64,000 bases of DNA from positions 31,062,001 to 31,126,000 of the forward strand of contig NC_088858.1 of NCBI RefSeq assembly GCF_963853765.1. The letters are read 5' to 3'. The position numbers were made by a program, and so were the translations under genes. The notes beneath the pieces were generated by a model. That model saw only the letters and a program-made list of their open reading frames with translations, made no database searches and was not told where the DNA came from. Source of the stretch: Magallana gigas. Its lineage: Eukaryota. Below are positions 22,301 to 35,900 of this stretch, piece by piece (the stretch's first letter is position 1; each line of letters starts with the position of its first letter).

Positions 22301-25300
22301 TTCCGCCTGCCTCTGTTATTATTACATTTTTTTCGAATGTGTCCATAGACTTGTTGTCAGTTGGAATTGAGCAAGTGAGTCTTATAATTACACAAAATTA
22401 TGACTGACAACTTTCACCCCCCTACCTACCCACCCTCCCCCCTCTCCAAAAAAAAAAATATCGTCATCGTACATGTTTTAATTTTCATATCAATGTCGTC
22501 CATATTCACAGCTGATCAGATTCAGTGGTCATTTCATCCCGTGTTTTATATTCTTGCCTTAAAATACCATTTGATTTGTCTCCAAATGGTCATCAAATAG
22601 ATGCATAATAGATAGCGATGGTATTTCACGGCCATTGCGTCTCATATACTAGAGGAGGGCCCTCGGACATAAAGAATACTTATAGTATGTGGAATACCCA
22701 ATCAATACCCTTGATAGCTTGTTAAGTTTCTCTTGAAGACCATAAGAGGTGACGGTTCAATGGGGACCAAGGGTAATTAGGACAGATGAAAGCCAGTAAA
22801 ATGACTAGCAGCTGACACATCCTATCTACAATTCGCGTCTACAAGCAATCGACTTCGACACGTCTGCTGAGGCTAAGTAGCTCGGCAAGTCTTGAGGTAA
22901 AAAGGAATTTCTTCACCTCAAAGTCGTCGCAAGAAAATTGAGAGGGGAAGGTGGGGGTCTTTCATTTATTAAATGTTAGCACATATACGCTTAAAAATCC
23001 TTTGTAGTTCGCGACTTTGATGAAATTCTATTGTTCAAATCGAGCTGCATTCTCATTTTTGTTTGTTTGTAAAACTAGATCAATTTTTGGGGGTCTTGTA
23101 TTCAGTTGAAGATTTAGTCTGTGTTTATTCAGTTTGTTTAACAATTAAAAAAAAAGATTTCAATGCGGTCAGGGGTAGCCACTTTTGTCGCAATGCGACA
23201 TATGAATGATCGGTTTATCCGACTCTATCGGACAATCGATCTCCGCGATTGATATCTCTCGCTATACTCCACTACTCTTGCTATGTCGCATTGCGGATTA
23301 AATTTAGTCAAGGGCAGCCGAGACAACTTTTGGGGGGTATTTTTTTTTTTAATATAAAAATAATAATAATTAAATATAGATATCAACATGCAATATTGAT
23401 ATTTAAATTTTTTTTCGACTTTGATCAATTTGTGTATGAAGAACTGTATAGACATTCCTTTAAAAAACTCACTTTGAATCATATACTGTCAAGTTTGTTT
23501 AATATTTTTTTTCTTTTGCTTTCTTTCACCCCCTCCCCCCTTCCTCCTCCATTTTGTTTTGTTTTCGATTTGGTTTTTCATTTTTTTATATGCTAGAATA
23601 AAATTAATTCCGTTTCTGTACTTTTATTCATTTGATTATGTTTGATCTTATTCTGAAGTCTGCTCTGTAAATTTGTCAATGTGCAATATCGTGCGCTAGC
23701 AACGATCATTTTTTTAAATTTAGTATTAAATGATATTTCTATGAATATTACGACCTAGCTGAAATTTATTGATTTGATTTGAACATATTTTATTGTGCAG
23801 ATATATATTTACATAAATGGATTAGGCAGCAGGAAATGCCTATGTAAGCCTTCTCCATGAGGTGTAAGGTAATACATATAAAGGGCAAGATATATATGAC
23901 AAATTTATACACTTTTTTATAAAATAGTATGATGTAGGCATAAGAATATATATTAAGGGGAAAAAAGCAAAAACTTGTTTGTTGAAAAAAAAGAAATTAA
24001 AAAAACCCAAAATAATCAAAAACTTAAATAGTACGGTTACAGCATAAGAATACTTCTTTTGCGTACATGTATTGGATATATAGCGATAGTTATGATAAAT
24101 CTCTTAGATTTTAGTTATGAGCTAGTTTAAATAGTACAGTATTTTCATCATATGAAATGTCATCATCTCCAAATAACAACAAATCTAAATTTACTGGTTT
24201 TTGTAAGTTTAACATTGATATTTGATTTTAAAAAAAACACTGTTTTTTTCTTCATTATATTTATAACAGTCAAAGAAAAAATTAAATGCATTTTCAGTAT
24301 GATAGCCACAATTTTCACAGACTGAATTTTCACGGATGAAATCATCAAAAAGGTCACCATTTAAACTACTAGCATTGTTTCTTAATTGACTATGTATAAT
24401 ATTTTCTCTACGATTCCCAAAATTGAAAAATTAATTTGGAGTTTTAAAATATTGTTTCTTAATGGAATATGAGAAAGAAGACAATGATGGGAGACTTCTG
24501 AAGTCCAGACTTAGTTCATTCCACAGCTTAATTGTAGAGGGTGTAAATCTTTTTTATGTAAGATGTGGTTCTGGCTTATTGAATGACAAAAGAAAGACCA
24601 TCATGATTTCTGAAGGGAAAAGTGATTTCTGAAATTTATTAATTTTGCTTTGTTATTAATTATTACAATATCAGATCGATGCGTACATGAAGTAAGTGGT
24701 GCTATAATTTATAATAACGATTTATGTCGCATCAAACTTGACGTAATATTTAAAGTTTTAAAATCCATGATCGGTTTTTCTCAAACTATATGGTGTTGTA
24801 TATACACTGTATATGTAGTTGTGTGCATGGTCTCTCATAATAAATTGCTTAGAGTTGAGATTTAAAATTTATTAATTGGTTTTTATACATGATTTTAGTA
24901 AAAACGGAATGGTTTACGAGCACTTGTTTCACAATATAACTGCATGTGAAAGTGTGCACAGTACCTGAACATTTATATTTATTATTTATGATATACATGT
25001 AATACGCACGGTAATTATTGGAGTATAAATTGCTTGATAAAAATGTTTCTGAAAGATAAATGTACAGGCACCTGACGTAATAAATATTTTTTTCGTAACA
25101 AGATAATTCCATATAATATAATAATAAGTTAATAACACTGTTATTATAAAAGTAGAGAAAATTATCTTACCAAAAAAAAAAGAAGAATAATTATTTATGA
25201 CGTGATCGATGCCGAAAAGGAGAGCAACGAAAGACAACTCCAGTAAGACTTTTACTCCATATTTTTTCGTTTATTGTCCCAATCATCAGCTTATCCATAA

Positions 25301-25640
25301 TAATCTGATAATTATTTATTCTTGTAATGCTGTAATCAGGAAGACAAATTGCAAAATTGGGATTTGCGTAGCTCTGATTTAAAATTTACATTATCTGAAA
25401 AAAAAATCACAAGAAAATTGATTAAATAATAACTATTATTAACCTTATTTCTGTTAAATATTTTTGTAACCTTCTAGTTTTTGTTCAATCATTTTTTTTT
25501 AAATTTTCAGTTGTATTCAAATTAGAAATCTAGTGGGTTTTTCCAACGAGTGTCCAACAAATTTAAGTCGGGATCGAGATCCGCATTATTTGTAAACAAT
25601 GTGATAAGATACACAAAATTTGACAAAATCACAAATCCAA

Positions 25641-28600
25641 ATGGACGCAATATTTCACGAAGAAGTGAGTAGTTTAACAGAGTCTTAGATTTCTTGTAAA
25701 GATTAAATGATTGAAGAATCTATAAAAGTGTGTAGTTGAAAAAAATATATCAGATGTTTCAAGAAGAATTACTGTTTTCACAAGATGTTTACATATATCC
25801 TGGCACAATAGATGTTTATGCTCTAATTTCTACAGGTCTAAGCATTATAAGTAAAGACTAATAGTTTTCATTTTCAAATAGTTGTGTGTTCCTGCTGACA
25901 ATTTTATAACTATTGTAATCTCTAAGAAAAGGTTCTTGTTTGAAAAGTTTATGAATTATTGAAGTACAAATATTATACAGTTATATATCTAAAATGGAGG
26001 TGAAGTCAGGGAAATACAAAACTAAGTACATGTTTATCTTTCTTTACAAAGATAACATATATAAATAATTTCCCCATTTGATAATATTTTCCAGCAAGAG
26101 GGGTCACTTTGTGCTCAGCATTGCTTGAATGCATTATTACAAGGACAGTACTTCAGTGCAGTAGATTTGGCCGACATTGCTCGTCAGCTGGATGAATCAG
26201 AACGGTTACGGATGGCAGAAGCAGGGACACAGAGTATAGAGTATCAGAGGTTTATACGGGTCAGTCTCTGCTTGTTTCAGTTATATCATACAACAATTTG
26301 ATAAACTTAAAAGTTTGATTGTTTGCATAGTGTCGATTTTAAATTACCTGATGTTTATGAGTATACATGTATATGAGTTCAGTTGTGTCAATGTCACATA
26401 TCAGTCTGCTAAAATTCATTCAATTTATAATCAATTATGTGAAATTTATTATTTTCTGCTCAAACCCAGTTTATACTGTTAAAGAAAGCATTTTAACAAT
26501 GCAATTCATTCCATTGGCTAGTATGATGAAAATGGTATCAACACATTAAGTTAATGAATTCAATGATTTAAATGATATTTTTTTCATTTAAGGCTAAATG
26601 ATTACTTTAATCATCAGTATTTACTTTCCTACATTTTATCAGCAAAGTTCCAGTAACTTTGATGACAGTGGATTCTTCTCCATACAAGTAATAGACAAAG
26701 CCATACAAGTATGGGGCTTAAACCTAGTGCAATTTAACTCCCAAGACCCTATTGCTAGGGAAGCAAGACAGAATCCTGTGTAAGATGCAAAGCAGATAAT
26801 TATTTTTTCTTTACCTCTGCAAAATTTTTTCTTTCTTCGAATGTATTAAGAATCTCTATTCTCTTGACTAATTCTTAATACAGTTTCATGTGTTAATCAT
26901 CATCAAATACCAAAGATCTTTTTTTTTCAAATTTCAGAGATAAGAATGCTTATATATGCAATTTCCGAGACCACTGGTTTTGTATCAGGAAGATTGGAAA
27001 GCAGTGGTTTAACCTAAATTCCCTCCTTACGGGTCCTGAACTCATATCTGATACCTATCTCTCCTTGTTTCTCACACANNNNNNNNNNNNNNNNNNNNNN
27101 NNNNNNNNNNNNNNNNNNNNNNNNNNNNNNNNNNNNNNNNNNNNNNNNNNNNNNNNNNNNNNNNNNNNNNNNNNNNNNNNNNNNNNNNNNNNNNNNNNNN
27201 NNNNNNNNNNNNNNNNTGTTATGTATGATGCTTGTTTTCAAGTGAATTTTAAAGTGAATTATATCAATGTTAGAGATATTTTTACAACAATTTAATTAGA
27301 TTGTTTTTACAAGAGCTTGGACTTCGATCAGTATGTGTCAAACTCCAGTTTGATGAAAGCTGGATCTACTGTCCAGTCATTGGTTAATGGATATGAATAC
27401 ATTGAATGCAATGATACTTGTCTGACTTCATCCAAGGGCGGTATATTTCAGTTGAAACAGTGTCACTGTGACTCAACAGTGCAGATCATGAAAAAATGGA
27501 TGAGCAAACCAGATAGAACTATTTTAACAAGAGCTTGGACTTTGGTTTGTTTTGTCAGACAGCAATGTGACGTAAGCCTGTCTATTTCATTGCTGGCCAC
27601 TCAGCCATGGCTCTCTGAAATCAACAAGATTTGTCTGGCTTTTGAGCTATGCCTACGCAATCGGTGCATATTCGCTTGAAGAAGCGTCATTAAACTTGTT
27701 TTGACGCAAGGAATAGATAGCTACGTCCAACCAAAGTCCAAGGTCTTGTTAAAATGATTCTAGTAAAATCCCTCCAAAAGTCCAGGCTCTTGGAAAAACA
27801 GCTCTAAAAGATTAATGCCTAATTTCAAAAATTTAAAAAAAAGTTACCAAGTCTGTGATGATGAGGACCATATATTTTACATCACGAATTATATTTATGT
27901 TAAGTTATTAGAAACCTCTAAACTTTAATCAGCAATAATACATACCTGGTACATGCACTATTATTGCATTGATTATAAATCTAGTCAGTGTGTGGAAACA
28001 AAAATCAAATTGCTCCAAAATACAGAAGTGATCTTTCCCATTCCAAAACACCCACCTAAATTTATAATTTTTTGATGGACAGGTTACTCTATATTCATCG
28101 TAACTGGCCGGCTGCCGGAGTGTGAAGCTGACGACCTCCTGAACCTTGCCCCTGCAGTACAGCTGATCAAACCGCGGCTGATCAACGAGAACCAGTCGAT
28201 CAGTAAGTCAGAGGCACAGACGGACGACCCCGAGCTACAGCGGGCGCTGATGCAGAGTCGGTGTGAGGACGAGAAAGATGATAAAATGTTACAGAGGGCA
28301 TTACAGATGAGCTTAGAGGGTACGTACACAGTCGGGAATGGGACTGGGGACATTTTAATGGTATGTACAGTTGTGGTATGTTCAGTTTGTGTGGTGGTTT
28401 AATTAATGTTCAGTGGTGATATGTACAGTGGTGGGAAATTTTGTAGGTAAAGTCTACTTAATTGTGTATTATATGCAAGCTAAGATAACATTGGAAATTG
28501 TCACCCCAAGATCCATCATTGTCAGAAGCAAAATATTGAATGACAGTGGTTTTGAGACCATTAAAAAAATAAGCAATGGGTGACAATGATTTTTGAGCCT

Positions 28601-29718
28601 CTTAAAAAATAAACAATTCAATGAACTTAAAATGATGCCACATTGTTAATTATATAAGTAACTATAGGTCTAAAATATCTAATTATAAAAGTTTCTGTTT
28701 TCAAAATAAATTGGTTTTGTGTTGAATGAATGGTTTAGTGTGTGTGCCCTTCACATGTTTCATAATGATATTTTGCCCACTACTAGGATATGTGATAGAA
28801 GATGACAACCCCCCGCCAGGACCAAGTCAAGATAAGGTTCAGGCCCCTACCAAAGAGGTCAAAGCTCCCACACAGGAGGAGTTGAGACAGAAAAGACTAG
28901 CTTTCTTACAGCGGCTGGATCAGACAGCCAAGGGCACTGAGGAAGAAGGGAGGACCACAGAGCCTACTGACCCTAAATCAACTGCAACAGAGGGAGTCAG
29001 CCAGCCAGAGGGAGTCAGCCAGCCAGAGGAAAGCCAGGGTTCTCCACAGGAGGAGCAAATGGAGAAAGAATCTAAAGAAGGTATTCTATCCCATTTGATT
29101 GCTTTTGATTTGACCTTTGCTGGAAAATTTGGATGATATATAACTATGGTACGTGACTGTATGTAACCAGACATGGGCACAATTACTTAGAAAATGCAAA
29201 TTTAATCACCAATTACAAGGGAAAATTCTGTTAAATTGATTATTAATGGAGTTATGTGCAATTCTTTGTATTCTTTGGCAAGTGCATTCATTTAACTTAA
29301 CTTTAGTGCCACTCACCCATCCATTAGTTGTCTTCAGAATTTGTTGAATACCATTTTTTCTAGAATTGGTAGATTTTGTGATTAAGTGAAATGATAATTG
29401 AACTGCGGTATGGGTAGATGAACATTGTATTTGGTGTAATGAATGAATGTGCATGTACCTGGATCTTGTATCATTGAATCTAAAAGAATTTTTCATATAT
29501 AAATTTCACATTTACATGTAAAATACTGGGGAAACTACACAAAGTACATGTACCGGTACCCTGTATTTAAACTCCAACTAAGGTCTAGCTATCAATTTAC
29601 ATGCAGCGAGGAAAATGAATTCAATTTAAAGAAGAAATTTATTTTGATTACAGAAGACATCCCAGAGGATGAGATGTTAAAACAAGCAATAGCAATGTCC
29701 ATGGAGGGTCAGGGATAA
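25641..29718 (+). CDS. ATXN3: Ataxin-3 (Josephin-domain deubiquitinase with 3 UIMs)
   Basis: Exons 25641-25664 (MDAIFHEE), 26095-26259 (QEGSLCAQHCLN, catalytic Cys), 26643-26779, 26938 to the gap at 27078 (DHWF and WFNLNS, catalytic His/Asn), 28083-28319 (GYSIF; UIMs ELQRALMQS and MLQRALQMS), 28787-29080 (EELRQKRLAF), 29654-29718 (MLKQAIAMS, stop). Confidence 0.95.
27079..27216. other. Assembly gap (138 N)
   Basis: Run of N that interrupts an ataxin-3 exon after ...YLSLFLT. Confidence 0.99.
27297..27806. mobile_element. Nested MITEs of one TIR family in an ataxin-3 intron
   Basis: Outer TIRs TAGATTGTTTTTACAAGAGCTTGGACTT / AAGTCCAGGCTCTTGGAAAAACAGCTCTA. Inner element 27514-27762 with TIRs TAGAACTATTTTAACAAGAGCTTGGACTTT / AAAGTCCAAGGTCTTGTTAAAATGATTCTA. 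Confidence 0.7.
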
Positions 29719-32700
29719 CAACACACCCCTAACAACGTTACCTGAAGAAATCCAAGGAAGGGTGGAACTGGCTGTTCAAATTCATCATCGGTCGGCAGAA
29801 ACTTCATCTACTGACTAAGCTAACGGTGCCATATCCCCGCAGCCTTTACCAATAGATCTTTTGTGCATTTACTTAACTAGTGCATGGTACATGCGTATTC
29901 ATCGGTACTCATATTAGTTTACCCCTGTGATATCATTCTGATATACTCACTGTTGGTACGGCCCAGTTTTTCTTTCACCACTGATGGGCAGTACACTGTA
30001 TGTACCTATATACTTGAAGAATGGCTGCAGTCGTCAGGTTCTAACTGCTCCTATAGTGGATGCTGGCTGTTTGTGGCTTATAATTGTTCTGTTTGGTGCT
30101 GTAGTACAATTGATGCAAACGCTTTTTTTCCAGTTATAAATTGGATGTAATCTGATGATTTTTACAAAAAATAGTGCATATTTCTGAATAGTGGATAGTT
30201 TTGTTGGAGTTTAAAGTTTAGTCAAAAGTTGTCATTTTTTTTTATAGCATTATATATACATGTATATGTACCAATACTAAATCATCTTGCTACAGTATAT
30301 ATCTAAATTGTGTGTATTGAAATATTTGCAATGAATTTACATCTTTGGATTGATATTATTTTTTATTGCAAAGCATGAACATTGTGAACAAATAAAATGT
30401 TTTTGTATCTAGATACTAGTAAAATGTATTTGATACTTTTCTTTCAATGTTGTTGGTTTTTTTTTTTTAGTCTCTTTTTTTTTTTGGGGGGGGGGGGGGT
30501 ATTAAAAATCTTAAAGTTTCACAGTTGTGTTTATTTACTGAAAATATGTCATATGTATAAAATCATGAATATACAATAAGGATGAGTTTTATGACAATTT
30601 ATTTTGATTTTAAACTGGGAAGGTTTAACAATGTAGTATTACATACATGTATGTTGAATCATGGAAATTAATGAGTTTGAAGTAAATGGGACAATGAGAA
30701 AAATTGTATTGATTATTAAACTATATTGGTATTTCTTTAGAAAATCATGGTTAAAAATTTACTTGTGCAACTGTAAAATGTTTTTCCTTACAATTTATAG
30801 TAAAATGACACTTTGCATTGAATCAGTATTCACTATTTATGGTTGTGCTAATAAAAATGTCTTCTCAAAGACATCAAATACATTTTTATATTCTTTTTTT
30901 TTTTTGACTTGTAAGACTAATTACTTTTAAAATTCAATATATAAGTTTGACCTTGGGTGTAGTACAGATGAAGAGTGGCAATATGGGGGGGGGGGGGGGG
31001 GTTGTTGTGTTAAAATTGATTGAAATTCCTTTTTTGCATATATTTTTTTTACTAAAAAGACCTCATTGCCCCTCACACCCCCCCCCCCCCCTTTCCCCTT
31101 GCAAACCCTATATCATGCCTCCCAAAAGAAAACAATTTAATCATTTGGAATTGATTAGTCAATAGGCTTTTTCTTTCTTGTGCTTAAAAGCAAGATTTCA
31201 CTAGGTTTATTAAATCTTGATTGTCATTGTAACTGTGCTTATAGAACCAGGGAATCGTGTAACGTGTAAATAAATGAATAAAGTCTTTTGAGTCGGGTTC
31301 GGACTACGTAGGGAAACGTTTAAGTTGGGTTATTTCCCTTTGTGCAGCTGACAATGACATCACGAACATGGCAGATAATGGAAAATGTCAATTAGACAGA
31401 TAGGAAATAAAAATACAAATCGTCAATTTGGTAATGTTTGTGTGTGATTTGTGTGACATACCGGAAAGGTTTGTATGACAAATATATAATTCTAGATTCT
31501 TAATGAAAGCTACAACGACATAACTGTGTTTTCTCGGACAATTAAAACGTACACAAATCAAACTATTGAACAGATTACTGTGAAACGCAATTGAAAATTT
31601 GTATTACTTGTTTAAAAAGCCATACGTTTCATTTCATGTCTGAATGCATGGCAATAAAATTTATCTTGCTAAATACAGTGTATACTGACTTGGTCTGTTG
31701 GTCTCTGGTGAAAGTGAATAAGCTCAGAAACAGCCACAAGTATTTCATTTTATTTTAAACAATGTAAATTTTTATAGGCTCTTTTGTATTCTGTGATACA
31801 AAATCAATTTGACTGAAAATTGGAATTGCCCAATAATACTAAAAGAGTAAACAATAGTAATTGTACAAAGATATTAATCATATGCTATTTATAGATGACG
31901 TGCATGTGCCTTATGAAAAGTTACATGTAAGTTAAATCAACTGTGTAAGCCATTTGATTTCACATGAAAGAGAGTTTTAAACAAATATATATTGCCATGA
32001 TCGGTCCATTTCTTACTCCAACCCCTAACCAAAGGACATTATATACATCCCTGCCCCTAACAATTCCTTTCTCCAAATTGTAATTTGGCAGCTACTTTAA
32101 ATTATTTTGTATGTATGGCAATTGCATACCATTGTATTGCAAATTGCAGATTTACAGATTTATAATTCAAAGCACAAAATAAACTGTTATAACTACTGTA
32201 GGTGTTACAAGTAACAATTAAATAATCACACATGTTGTTATAATAAATGACACTTGACAGTTTTGTGGTCCTGTTTTTGGGAGATATATACTATGAGTGG
32301 GGCTGATTGGCTTCTTCTTAGGTGTGTGCATACTGAGGTAGTGACACAGTCACAATTTATTTTTCACAATTTTCTTGCACTATTTTCACATTCACCAGAA
32401 AATGGAACTTTTGATATCATGTTTATGATAACTGTATAGATTCACCGATACCTGACTAGTCTTAAAAACAAAATAATAATGTTGTCAATGAATGAACCAT
32501 GTTTGGAGTATTCATAAGAAGATAACCAATGCATTACTGGGCAGTCAAAACTTGTTAAAATCAAAGAACATCATAAAATGTCAGAAAAGCTGACAAGGTG
32601 TACTATTGTCTACATCCCTACAGATTTGATTAAGACTAATGTCTAAGTATGAAATACTATAATATGTAGTTGTACTTTATTTCCCAGCATTTCACGGGAA

Positions 32701-32913
32701 ATACCGGTAATTCCAGGGAATTACCAGTATTTCCCACCGTCCTGGGAAATATGAGTATTTCCCGCTTTTTTGCCAACCCTGATTGAAATCCTGGCTCTTA
32801 GAGATTGTTTCCAAAATGTAAAATATTGAGATAAATGTTTTAATATCTTTTTAAATATTCAGTCTTATGATGACGAAATATTTCTCTTCAACGTTTTGCA
32901 GATGCTGATTTGA

Positions 32914-35900
32914 ATGATGGATAGACTTTTCCAGAGAGAGAATAGTGTTTGTATGTATTTTTAGAAACTTAAACATGTTCTTTCCTGTTTTGTAAATTAC
33001 GACCATTCATACATGTAGATATAAACAGCAGTTATTATTACAGGCTGTCTTAATTTAATAGCATTTATTTCTGAAATACATGTGCACATTATATGATTTG
33101 AACTCCTTTGTAGCATATAGTTCTAGCCACTCAGCTTTGGATGGCATTCCATTTAGAATTGGATCAAGTTTTACACAAAAACACAAGGTATCATAAGTTA
33201 AAATCTTTTCACATGCTCTAATATATTATCTTCCATGTCGATTGTTAAAAGTTACAGTAAAAAAATAAATTTGCTCTATTGATGTAGCTGGACTAGTCTA
33301 CAGTGTATTTACTTATTTCAGGTTGCTAGCTCAGCAGATTTGAAGTTCTCAAGAGTCAATGCTGTTGAAGAAGAGGTAATGATGAATTTCTACTGCCGCA
33401 TTTGATTTTGTTTGTAATATTGGTGATCTCAACACTCTTGCTTAATATAAATGTTTGATAGCTCCAAAAAGGACTCCTCCCTAAAATTATTTGTTGGAAT
33501 AAATTAGTACCATAAATTAAGTATGCATATTCCAAGAAAAAAAATTAAATGAATGAGGTTTCAACTGGTTAAAATAATAAATGTCATCTATTGATTTCTA
33601 TTTACAGTATGACTTCTCCTTAGAGGAAGGAGTTTTGAAATGGGCAGATGAGAGACAGAAGCAGTTAGCTGCTCAGCAACGGATTGAAGAGCAACTGCGG
33701 TTAGCAAGGGCACAAGAACAACAGCAGGCGGGGCAAGAAAGTTCTGACGACTCGGGACTCTCAGACCATGAGTACGAGAATGAAGGTTGGACGAATAACA
33801 GTGAAACTGCTCCGACTATGGGTGGGGCTAGGCCTACACCAGTGAGTCGTAAGCAACCCCCACCCACACCAGTGTTGCCCAAGATTTCAAATGATATATT
33901 GACTCCCGTTAATGTTTCAAATCAGAACGACTCTTCTAACGAAGACGATGGATCCTCTAAAAAGCCTGTTGATTTCTCGCTATTTGAGACAGAGGATGAT
34001 CCTTTCGATCGATTCGAGAGATTGACGCTGAATGATTTGATGGAACTCAAGAGTGTGTTTGACAATAATGGAAATGGAAACAACAGGGAAGCAGGGAGTG
34101 GATCCAAGAAATCTGAGGGTGTGTATGAAAACACAAAGATTTTGAACAATCCCCCTAATGGTGTGGTAAATTCGGCTTCATCAGTGAATCATTCTAGAAG
34201 TGATAAAGTGGATGGAGGGGACTATGTAGAACTAGATATCACAAAGAAGCCAGGTATAGCCCCTAGAAAGAAAGAGGGGAAAATTGCGAGAAAGCAAAAG
34301 ACTTACAAGGGAAAGATTATACCCCCTGTACCTCCCCGGCCAAGCTTATCAGCCAAGGGTCCCCTCCCTCCCATAGGATCAGAGACATCCAATGGTGCCC
34401 ATCAAGGTCACCTTGGAGCTGGAAAATCCACAAATCTGTTTGAACAAGACATTGTAACTGACAGTGCTCAGGTAGAACCTGTGTATAAAAATGAAGAACC
34501 CTCTGGCTCTTACGAAAACGTCAGTTTACAAACTGATCAAAGAACAGTTAACTTTACAAAGACGACATCATTTGGTATTGTTGATAATGTGAATGACTCA
34601 TCACAAAGCACTAATCCATTCCTTTCTGCAAGTCAACCATCCCAGGACCCGGCCTCCAGAAACGCCAAAGCATATGTTAACGTAGCTCCAGTGAAATCTA
34701 CAGGGATTCCTATATCAGGAATGCCTCCGCCCTATTCGGCCATTAGTCCTGTATCAGACGGCTTTACTAACCAGAGTCAAGACCTACCCCTCCCACTCAC
34801 CATCTCACCCCCACCAAGACCTTCATCTAAGCAGGTAATACACAATTTTTTTTATATCAACTATATTGGATTTTTTATTTGCTTCTACTTCTGAACTTGC
34901 TGAAAGATTTTTAGAACTTCCATTCTAGGAAGGGCCAAGTTTTCTTTGATATTCAATTTGCTGTGTGATTTGAAAAAATGATCATTCATGGATATAAACA
35001 CATTTTTTCATTTGTTTTCACACTTGTTGTCACAACTTTTCCTTTTTTTTCATCTGAAAATCCAAGGTATAGTTGGAATGTACAGGTTTTTTTGATAAGA
35101 AAATTTCACATCCAGAGTAATAAATGATTTTAGGTCTCAAATTGCAGGCTGAATACTCAATAGACATTCTGACAATGTAACATTTTAGAGAAATCAATTA
35201 TATAAGACATTCTATTTATTGGCTTTACTAGCTCAGCCTCATTGTAAATTTTTCAGCTCTTTCTTGTGTAATTATTCATTCATGTACATGCACCTATAGT
35301 CCAGTATTATCATGACCATAGATTCAGTATTATACTTTAATAGCTTGGTAAACAGTGACCCTGTCACTGAGTATATTTCGTTTGATGTCTGCATGTAGTT
35401 CAAATCCTCCTTGTACCTCTTTCACAGGAACCGACGGACACTGCACCTCTAGTAAGTATCTCCATACCTGTATAACTAGAGCACAGAAAATTCCTTCCTC
35501 GAGTTGGTCTTAACTTGTAGATCTTATTCATAACTTCCTATAATGCCTATAGCTCTGCTGCCAGTTTTGATGTATTTTACAGTTGGGATATTTCAGATGA
35601 AATCTCTCTCTTCTTAGTTTTAATATCTTGTAGAGAGGGGGAAAAAGCCAAATAGAAAATTTAATACCAGGGTTACATATAATATTGCCTTTAATCTCAT
35701 GATGGACAGTTACAATTTAAAGTTTTTTAATTGTAGTAATCTTTAATAAGTACATGTATCAGTATCACAGCCAAGCTGGTAAATTCTATCGACATATGTT
35801 TATCATTCCAATTTTTTGGAAAAGTTGATCATATTAAATAACTATTTTATAATAATAAATAAATTTCCTAACTTTTTGTCAGACACTATGGGTACGATAT

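Noticed and set aside
22722-22820. Short minus-strand ORF MCQLLVILLAFICPNYPW... resembling a signal peptide
   Set aside because: Only 32 aa, with no convincing splice partner or recognisable family.
21407-23295. Motif CGCAATGCGACA at ~21407, ~23189 and inverted at ~23284
   Set aside because: Too short, with no consistent flanks to define an element or RNA.
27014-27295. ORFs spanning the N gap
   Set aside because: Artefacts of translating N bases.
29206-31165. Short ORFs in the ataxin-3 last intron and 3' region
   Set aside because: Low-complexity AT-rich frames without splice or codon support.
32681-32781. GGGAAAT/ATTTCCC-rich stretch ending CCAACCCTG (hAT-like terminus, or NF-kB-like sites)
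   Set aside because: Only one terminus is visible. It is probably a TE fragment, and I cannot support either call.
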